Source: Chrysomallon squamiferum
Taxonomy: Eukaryota > Animalia > Mollusca
NCBI GenBank assembly: GCA_012295275.1
Contig: CM022675.1
Coordinates: forward strand, 6,262,001 to 6,326,000
Direction of reading: 5' to 3'
DNA: 64,000 nt
A program made the position numbers and the translations under genes. Below the pieces are notes generated by a model. It was not told where the DNA came from. It saw only the letters and a program-made list of their open reading frames with translations, and searched no databases. Shown piece by piece: positions 55,120 to 64,000 of this stretch. How positions within the stretch are numbered: position 1 is the first letter of the stretch; every line of letters starts with the position of its first letter.

Positions 55120-55296
55120 ATGATGACTACAATACACAGAGACTTTCTCAGACGTACGTGCTTCCTTCTTGTGGTGTGTTTAATACTCATCAAGCCGACA
55201 ACAGCCAGTCTGTGTGAAGACGTATGTTCAGTGCAGAGCCCTGCTCTATATAAAATGAAGGCAAAATGGAATAACACATTACGTAGTGACCAGTAA
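55120..55296 (+). pseudogene. Secreted twin-CxxxC family copy C: truncated exon 1 fused to the minisatellite (58-aa ORF)
   Basis: MMTTIHRDFLRRTCFLLVVCLILIKPTTASLCEDVCSVQSPALYKM then KAKWNNTLRSDQ* from the 43-bp repeat at the duplication junction. Confidence 0.8.
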
Positions 55297-55624
55297 GATG
55301 AAGGCAAAAGGGAATAACACATTACGTAGTGACCAGTAAGATGAAGGCAAAAGGGAATAACACATTACGTAGTGACCAGTAAGATGAAGGCAAAAGGGAA
55401 TAACACTGTAGGTAGTGACCAGTAAGATGAAGGCAAAAGGGAATAACACTGTAAGTAGTGACCAGTAAGATGAAGGCAAAAGGGAATAACACTGTACGTA
55501 GTGACCAGTAAGATGAAGGCAAAAGGGAATAACACTGTAAGTAGTGACCAGTAAGATGAAGGCAAAAGGGAATAACACTGTACGTAGTGACCAGTAAGAT
55601 GAAGGCAAAAGGGAATAACACTGT
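55255..55624. repeat. 43-bp minisatellite, duplicated array
   Basis: Same unit order as 52922-53291. Confidence 0.95.
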
Positions 55625-57306
55625 GAATGTTCTCAGTTATCTTCTACAAACCGTAAAATTGTAACGAAGCCGGATGACCTTATATCAGCAATTATCAGAT
55701 TATCAGGTGAACATAAATTAAAATTAAATTAAACTGAAGTAAATAAACTGCTGTACTATCAGGGATTAGTATTTCACTCCTAGACTGGGATTTTTGAAAG
55801 CCGGAACCAAGCGTTTGAGACTCGAACGAGAAGCCTTCTGATTGGATATCGAACATGGTAAATGTAAAGAGATAGATGAAATAATATTTGCAGAAATGAC
55901 ATTCAGGACAAAGTTGATACTGGATAAGCCATGAAGGATTGAATTTTTAACTAGCAGACTCTACGAAATTCAGATATGACGTCCCGTCATAGCTAACAGG
56001 AAAACCCAAGTTTTAAAGAGCCTATCACTTTCTAGACAATTTTCTGAAAAATCCTCTGTGAATCTACATAAAAATCTGTTTCGAAATCTTTTAAGCGTCA
56101 TTTCATAAAAAGGTGCAGAAACGCTTTGAAATATTTGCAAGAACATGTTTCTTTAAGAATGTTTATCATTTTTTGTTTTTCTTGCTTGTTTTTTTTTTTT
56201 TTCATGTCTTTTTTTTCTTGTTATTGTTCTTGTTTGAGATTTTATCTTTTTATAGATAATTCACTAAATGTCCGAAGTAATTTTAAACAAGCAAACAAAT
56301 ATTTTGTATTCTTGAGGAAGTGTGTTTGTGTACATAAAATGTTTTGTTTGTGTGATTAAATGTATTTAAAATATAAAGGAAAAATTATAAAAATGCAAGA
56401 AACCTGTATAAAATATTTAGCATTAAAACGGGCCAAAGAATACTGCAATATATTTTACAATACTCAGGACACATACATACATACATACTTACGTCAATAT
56501 ATGCGTACATACGTTTATATATATGTGTGTGTGTGCGTGTTTAAATTGATGTGTGGATGGATATATGGACGTAAGCATATATGCATTTATCTATTTGTAC
56601 TGGGCACTATGCATATTTATTACAGTATTCTTTAGTCTGTATAAATTTACGTGCACGCATACACACACACATATTCATATATGCATATATACATACGTAC
56701 GTACGTATAAAATTAATGATATATCCACTTTAACAAACTTTTCACTGACAGATTTATATGGTATAGTAAAAAGAAAAGTAATTAATAATAATTAAAAGAT
56801 CTACAATAGTTAACATGAAACATTTCCTCTGTCATCATAAACATTCAATTTTATTATGAATAAAACGATTATATTAGTTTAGAGAGTTACGTGGGTAATA
56901 AACTGATATTCTGACTGGATTTAAATGTAGCATTTAAACAACCATTACAAAGCGACGGGGACAGAGCAGTTTTAGACAAGTTCTGTAGACCAGTGGTGTA
57001 GAAGAAACCAAGACTCATTTAGAGTGAGTACTATTTTCTTAAATATGACACATCTTTGTTCAAAACATAAGATCATGTGAAATGATATTATTGTTACTGG
57101 TGTTTTACCAATCTCTTTCTCTCTCTCGCTCTCTCTCTCATTCAATCAGTCAATCATTCAGTAAATTAAAAATAATGCAAATCGCGCAAATTGATGAAGT
57201 ACGTTCGAGACTCATCAGCGGCATCTTATTTTTGTCACGTTCTTATTTGATTTTGTCCTCCTGTAACTGTGCGTTCCTGAATACCGTTATTATCATTATT
57301 AGTTCT

Positions 57307-57337
<31 letters not shown>

Positions 57338-57444
57338 GTCTTTTCTTTTTTCTTTCTTTTTTTTTTTTTTCTTTCTTTTATTTTCTTTTTACTATTATTA
57401 TTTTTCTTTTTATTATTATTATTATTTTTTTTCGTATTTCAGGG

Positions 57445-57856
57445 ATGATGACTACAATACACAGAGACTTTCTCAGACGTACGTGCTTCCTTCTTGTGGT
57501 GTGTTTAATACTCATCAAGCCGACAACAGCCAGTCTGTGTGAAGACGTATGTTCAGTGCAGAGCCCTGCTCTATATAAAATGAACGAATTGTGGTCACTA
57601 TTATATCTCACGACAAGAAAAGTAACACGTGCAGACTTGGAGACAAATTTTCAATCAGGTATACATACAGAAAGAAACTGACGGATATAAGATCTACTGG
57701 GAAAAAGATGTTTACATAAATGTACACATACATAGACAGATAGCTATGTAGGTAGGCAGTAATGTAGACAGACAAGTTAGTAGATAAATACATAGACAGC
57801 AATATAGAAGCGCAGACCAGATATAAAAATAAAAGAGACCCAATCAAACACAATAA

Positions 57857-57898
<42 letters not shown>

Positions 57899-60273
57899 GA
57901 CATTATACTGATTGTTGCTAAATTTATTTGTATTGTGAGAAAGAAGCATTGGCAGTAATTTTTGCCGCGTATCAGTTTGACATTAAGTACAGAAAAACTA
58001 CCAAAAATGGAAATGCTTATGCATTGTCCTGACTACCACTTCTGCAAACTGAAGAAATATCTGAAAGTGTGTTTTGGCATGAAGACAAGCAAGCAATGAG
58101 AAATCAAGTCAATGGATTACCTATCACTGCAAGAAATATTGCGAAAGCAACTGAAGCTGACAAAGTGTTATCTCGGGTTGTACATTATAACATGTATGGA
58201 TGGCCAAAAGAGTCTTCTATTTCACGTGAGCTCTTACCGTATTTCAGAGTGAAAGATGAATTAACAGTGGAGGAACACGGTCTTCTCAGAGGAATGCGAG
58301 TGATTATTCCTGATAAATATCGAACAGATATTCTGTATTCTGTTCATGCAAATCATCCTGGAATTGTGCGAATGAAATCTTTGGCTAGATTGCATGTGTG
58401 TTGGCCTCATATGGATATTGACATAGAAAAGAAAGTTAGCAAGTGTAAGTGTTGCCAAATACAACAAACAGTCATGCCAAAAGGTACAGCTAATGCATGG
58501 ATTTGGCCAACCAAACCATGGCAAAGAATAGATGTAGATTTTGCTGGATCATTCATGAAAGAAATGTTCATGATTGTGGTGGATGCACATTCTAAATGGA
58601 TGCAAGTTTTTCGTATGTCCAGTACCAAGCAACGCATGCAGTAGAGACACTGAGAAATCTCTTTGCAAGTTATGGAATGCCAGAGCAGTTGATTTCTGAT
58701 AACGGACCTCAGTTTGTTGCAGAGGAATTTGAAACATTTCTTAAGAAAAATGGAGTGAAACACATCAAATCAGCTCCATACCATCCAAGTTCAAATGGCG
58801 AGGCAGAAAGAGCTGTTCGTACTTTCAAAACTGCAATGAAAACAGTTGAACATGAGTCACAAGCCACGAACCAGAAGATTTCATCATTCTTGTTTGCGTA
58901 TCGGAACACTCCGCACTCTACTACAAAATGTACTCCATCAGAATTGTTTCTTGACAGTCGTGTTCGAACCAGATTGGATATCTTGCGTCCAAGTAAAACA
59001 CGGGTGTTCAATGTTGAAGATTCAGTACAAGTGAAGAACTACATAGGAACCGACAAGTGGTTGAGTGTAAAAAGTACCTACAGAGTGAAAGTTGGAGGTT
59101 TTGTGTGTAAAAGACATGTGGATCGTAAACGTGCGTATTCGGAGGATACTAGGAACAATTCCACAGAACTGTCTGCAGTTGGTACTCAGTCAGTAACGGA
59201 ATTTGTTGAAGAGATTGAGATGAAAAACAGAACGGTTACTTCTAATGCCGTCGAGGATGCTTCTAATGCCATTGACGATACTGGTGACGACGTATCGCAA
59301 CTACCAATACAGTCAACCCCGAGATATCCTAGACGTGCTCAATAAAACAACTCAAAGACTGATAGAAACTATTTAAAGTGATTTAATGTGAATCATGGTA
59401 GAACAGAATTCATTGAAAGATTGTAGAATTAATGTTTTTATTCTATTTTATTTTATTTTATTTTATTTATTTTTTTTAAATAAGTTTTGTTATTTGAAGT
59501 TCCGTGTGTGACCAATGGACACACTTGATAAACTGTAATTGAACTATTATGGTTTCCAGTGGACAAAAAATATAGAATTTTATTTGTTTTAAGTTCAAAG
59601 TTCAGTTGGTTAATTATTACTAATTACATTAACTTATTTTAGAATTTTAGATATATCTTAATTTGTTGGTAAATTGTAACAAAATTAGCATGTATATATA
59701 TATATATATGCTAATTTTTTCTTTCCTTTGTAGCTCTCTTATTTGAAGATTTTCTTGAGATTCTACCCTCAGTGATTGACGTCCAAAACTTTGGGTTCAA
59801 GATGCACATAAGCACTAAGTTCCTTGTAAACTGGTACATGGGTTGTATGAAGGAATGTATTCTTTATAGAGAAAACATGACTGTCCGAGGAGCAAAAGCG
59901 ATGAAATTATATGTAAGTTTGATAGAGATTTTATGGTTGAAGTATGGTTGCTACTACTACTGCTATTTATACTACTATTACTACTGATACCACTATCATT
60001 ATTAGCACTTTAACTATCACAACTACAACTAAAACTATTATCACTAAGAATAACAAACACCACTACAAAGAAAGAAATAATTTTAAAAAAAAAGATTATG
60101 AAACAATAATCATTTAACTATGTATATTTATCATAATGCATGCCGTATAAAAATATTTAATCCTGTTTATTTTTATAATAACCTTTTTCCTTTTTTTTTT
60201 TTTTTTTTTCCAGGTACAAATAAGAAAGTCACAAATACAAAATTTCTTTCAGAAAAGGGAACCTATGTGTTGA
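57445..60273 (+). CDS. Secreted twin-CxxxC protein, copy D (exon 1 57445-57616/57658, exon 2 59734-59912, exon 3 60214-60273); possibly a pseudogene
   Basis: Exon 1 ..SLCEDVCSVQSPALYKMNELWSLLYLTT; exon 2 LLFEDFLEILPSVIDVQNFGFKMHISTKFLVNWYMGCMKECILYRENMTVRGAKAMKLY between TGTAG| and |GTAAGT; exon 3 and 3'UTR are homologous to copy A. The ancestral donor is deleted; CAG|GTATAC at 57658 is a phase-compatible alternative. Confidence 0.7.
57932..59400 (+). mobile_element. Ty3/Gypsy LTR-retrotransposon pol fragment (partial RNase H, integrase), degenerate
   Basis: EKEALAVIFA / YQFDIKYRK..NGNAYALS*LP (RNase H ends with internal deletion); H..HPGIVRMKSLAR..WP..C..CQ zinc finger; PWQRIDVDFAG..VVDAHSKW; SDNGPQF..PYHPSSNGEAERAV (DDE core); frameshift at ~58625; no gag, RT or LTR seen. 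Confidence 0.93.
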
Positions 60274-60379
60274 GACCAAAAAAAGGATAAAGAAAGAGAG
60301 AAAACAATTCAATAAAGATCATTGCAACCTCCTGTTTCGTTTTCTTTTTCTTCTTTTTTTTCTAATTTATTGTTTGTAT

Positions 60380-60422
<43 letters not shown>

Positions 60423-60711
60423 TATTTTTTTTTTTTTTTCTTTTTTTTTTTTATTTTTTTTTTTTATTTTTTTTTCACTGTGACAGGTATTTCAAGAAGA
60501 AAAAAATGAAAACAAAGACGATAATCCTAATTGCGCGTGATTCTTTTTTCCTCGAGTACAAAATAAATAAACAAACAAACAAACAAATAAACAAATAAAA
60601 CTAGAATTTATCACCAACCAATAGAAAAACATCACGTGCAGCACGTTACGTCAGCGACATTACATTTCTATTCTTTTTTTCTCATTAACTTCTTTAATAA
60701 CTTACTTTCAG

Positions 60712-61225
60712 AACACAGAGAAGAAGACAAAAGCAAAATAAAACTGCACGTATTGAGCTGAAAGATGAAGACAAAAGTAAATAACACTGTACACAGAGAA
60801 GAAGACAAAAGTAAATAACACTGTACGTAGTGAACACAGAGAAGAAGACAAAAATAAATAACACAGTAAATAACACAGTACGTAGTGAACAGAGAGAAGA
60901 AGACAAAAATAAATAACAAAAGAAGACAAAAGTAAATAACACTGTACGTAGTGAACACAGAGAAGAAGACAAAAATAAATAACACAGTACGTAGTGAACA
61001 GAAAGATGAAGACAAAAGTAAATAACACAGTACGTAGTGAACAGAGAGAAGAAGACAAAAGTAAATAACACTGTACGTAGTGAAACAGTAAATAAAAAGA
61101 CTGTACGTAGTGAACACAGAGAAGAAGACAAAAGCAAATAACACAGTACGTAGTGAACACAGAGATGAAGACAAAAGTAACACAGTACGTAGTGAACAGT
61201 GAAGAACAACACAGTAATGTAGTGA
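60712..61225. repeat. Diverged 43-bp minisatellite (ACGTAGTGAACACAGAGAAGAAGACAAAAGTAAATAACACTGT)
   Basis: Same unit length and core as the 52.8 and 55.3 kb arrays. Confidence 0.9.
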
Positions 61226-61364
61226 AAATAAATACCACTGTAATTATTTTATTTTTTCTTTGTTTTCTTTCTTATTTTTCTTTTTTTCTTATTTTTCTTT
61301 TTTTTTTTTTTTTTCTTTTTTCTTTTTTCTTTTTTATTTTTTAGTTGCTCTTCCTATTTCAGGG

Positions 61365-61547
61365 ATGACTGCAACATACAGAGACTTTCTCAGACGTACG
61401 TGCTTGCTTCTCGCGTTGTGTTTCACACCGTCAGCAGCCAGTCTGTGTGAATACACACGTTTAGCGTACATCCCTGTTTCACAGAAACTATATGATATCT
61501 GGCCACTAATATATACCAACGTATGTCCCGTACTGCGTCTTAGTTAA
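61365..61547 (+). pseudogene. Secreted twin-CxxxC family copy E (exon 1 only)
   Basis: MTATYRDFLRRTCLLLALCFTPSAASLCEYTRLAYIPVSQKLYDIWPLIYTNV; 9-nt deletion in the signal peptide, second Cys replaced by Arg (CGT), degraded donor, homologous intron 1 follows but no exon 2 found. Confidence 0.75.
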
Positions 61548-61931
61548 ACATTTTTACCTACCAAGCAGAATGTAGTACGTTCAGACCTGAAGACAAACAG
61601 ACAATCAGTTACACTCACACACATAACACACACACACACACACACACTTACAGAAAGAAAGAAAGAAACTGACAGACAGAAGACTTACTGGTAGAAAGAT
61701 ATTTACATAAATATTCATATACATAAACAGACAGATAAATAGATTTGTAGTCACGCAGACAGACAGGTTAGTAGATATATAAAGAGACAGCTATATAGAA
61801 ACACAGACAAGACAGACAAACTCAAGAGACACAAGCCAGTACACTGAATAAAATAGTGAAAACGAAACAGAAACGCTGCTACACACATACAAAAAAATAA
61901 TCATAATAATAATAATAAAATAAAAATTATT

Positions 61932-61966
<35 letters not shown>

Positions 61967-62542
61967 AACTATATCTTCACTGTTTCTAAATGTATTTATA
62001 TGGACTGTTTTAAGAAGAGAAACCAAACTTTAAATGGACGAGAGACAGTAATGTCCTGTATAATTAAAATGAAATTAATAGAGGCCTGGTCGGACTGTTC
62101 TAAGCTGTAATTGTTTAGGTTGTAACTAACTTTGATCTCTCTTCTATAATCATTGTGAATCTATCAGATTTCGATATCCTCTGACTGAATTTTCTCCTGT
62201 TAAATTAGATTCTGAACTAGATGATTTCTGATTTCATTTTCTGTCTTTTTTGCATATTATCTTTTATTAAAGAGTTTATTCAGGTGAGGTAGATAAGCAA
62301 TATATGTGTGAGTGTGTGTGTGCGCGTTTGCATGTATCTACATACACAAAAAGATGCATGATCCAGCTCGTCACATAGTAAATCGTTATATTCCTGGAAT
62401 AAAAACTAAATAAATAAATAAGATACCAGATAAATAGAACTAAAATATATATATATATACACATATTTTTGTGAAGTAGAAAATGTATATAATTGTGTAG
62501 CAATTACTCATTATTATTATTTATAATCTTCATTAATATATA

Positions 62543-62615
<73 letters not shown>

Positions 62616-62766
62616 AATTAGTTGTCTAGCAATTACTTTTTATTATTTATAATTTTTATTAATATATATATATTTACTATTTACTATCTGCTGCATGACG
62701 TCATATGTTCTGCATCCATTTGCCCAATTTGTATTATTGTTGATTTATTGAATGATTGACTGACAG

Positions 62767-62859
<93 letters not shown>

Positions 62860-63462
62860 AAACACCAATAATGATAACTTCACTTCACGTGATGTAATGT
62901 TTTCAAGAAAGATGTGTCATGTTTTCCAAGTAATTTTTCTACCGTTACTCTCAATCGAATCTTTGTGAGTCGTTAAAGCAACAGAACAACGACGCACACA
63001 AACACTTACAAAACAGTTATAAATCTGATTTAGTGACACAATATCAGTAAAGTAGAAAATGTAAATAATGATGATGCAATCACTCTTTATTATTTTTTTT
63101 TTTTTTTTAATATATGTCTATATATACATGCACACCTCTACAAACCTATAATTATACATACGATACATGAAAGAGTGTAGAGACCAGAGAAAGACTTCTT
63201 GTTGCTATGGATACGGAAATTTACTATCTGCTGTATGAAGTCATAGTACAAGACTTCAGTAACCTTGGAGTTAGCCCTAACTCCTCTATCGTCAATGTTG
63301 AAGTGTAATCTGCAGAAGGGTGTATGTAGTTAATTTATTGTCTTTTTCCTTAAAAAAAACAAAAAAAAACAGAAGAAACAACACAAAAAACATTTATTTC
63401 ATTTAATGACATAAACACTTTTTACAATGGATAGTATTGTGTGAATGCATCTTTAGTCTTAC

Positions 63463-64000
63463 GACGTATTCTTTCACTGTTTCCTTATCAGAAGTTGTAT
63501 TGATACCTCACCACGTGACTCTGACGCTGGTTCAGACCATGTGACAAAACGTACACTTCTGTCGGTTACGACAATGGTGCTAGAATAAAATAAAAAAAAA
63601 GATAATAATAAACAAACAAACAAATAAATGCTACCACCAGTACTGTAATGTTATTTATGTATTTATTTATCATTCATTCATTTATTCATTCATTCGCTCG
63701 TTTCTTTATTCGTTATCTCATTCATTCATTTAGTCATTCATAATGCTAAGTAACTGATCTTTTTTTTTATCACGTAATCAATATTTACGTTTATCTGTAT
63801 GTCTGTCCAACAGACTGTTTCACTTACCATGTCCGTACACGCTCTGTTTGTAAAACTCACTCCTGGGACCCAGACCAGTGCTGTTATACACTTGCACGTC
63901 AAACTCATACCAGCCACCGGGAACCAGTCCAATCACGGTTCCGTTATCACGTTGCCCAGGGTAACAAATGGACTGCTGTGTCGCGTTGCCATCTTCAAGG
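63463..64000 (-). pseudogene. Contactin-like fibronectin type III exons (64000-63828 open; 63579-63463 with stops and a frameshift); runs off the window
   Basis: LEDGNATQQSICYPGQRDNGTVIGLVPGGWYEFDVQVYNSTGLGPRSEFYKQSVYGH|APLS*PTEVYVLSHG..SVRVTW*GINTTSDKETVKEYV: FN3 pattern (GL.P...Y...V..YN..G.GP.S; V.VTW.G) with GT-AG borders. Confidence 0.7.

Larger units (their letters stand above)
52922..57584 (+). repeat. Near-identical 2.33-kb tandem duplication (52922-55254 / 55255-57579)
   Basis: Constant offset of 2333-2325 nt; identical ORFs in both halves; ATGAA microhomology at 52922, 55255 and 57580. Confidence 0.95.

Noticed and set aside
57930-59950. Idea that the Gypsy element replaced exon 2 of copy D
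   Set aside because: An intact exon 2 with YMGCMKEC lies at 59734-59912

Overview
Eukaryotic, AT-rich animal DNA saturated with microsatellites; the gene content suggests a mollusc or other lophotrochozoan (inference). Almost all ORF-track entries are simple-repeat artefacts; the real genes are spliced and were assembled by hand. Bases 1-23 kb show no convincing coding exons, only a decayed Tc1/mariner transposase, a ~37-bp minisatellite and CpG-rich islands. The main discovery is a cluster of five copies (A 28.7 kb +, B 49.9 kb -, C 55.1 kb +, D 57.4 kb +, E 61.4 kb +) of a small secreted-protein gene I do not recognise. The copies share a conserved signal peptide and a hypervariable mature domain bracketed by two CxxxC motifs, and they show birth-and-death evolution: inverted and microhomology-mediated tandem duplication, splice-site turnover, a Gypsy insertion and pseudogenes. 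Between copies A and B lie an intact 10-exon type-I membrane receptor (split C-type lectin/WSC/C-type lectin, tyrosine-motif-rich tail) and a divergently oriented TRIM-like RING/coiled-coil/beta-propeller gene with one frameshift. Also present are pogo/Tigger and hAT-like MITEs, a 43-bp minisatellite and two decayed copies of contactin-like FN3 exons.
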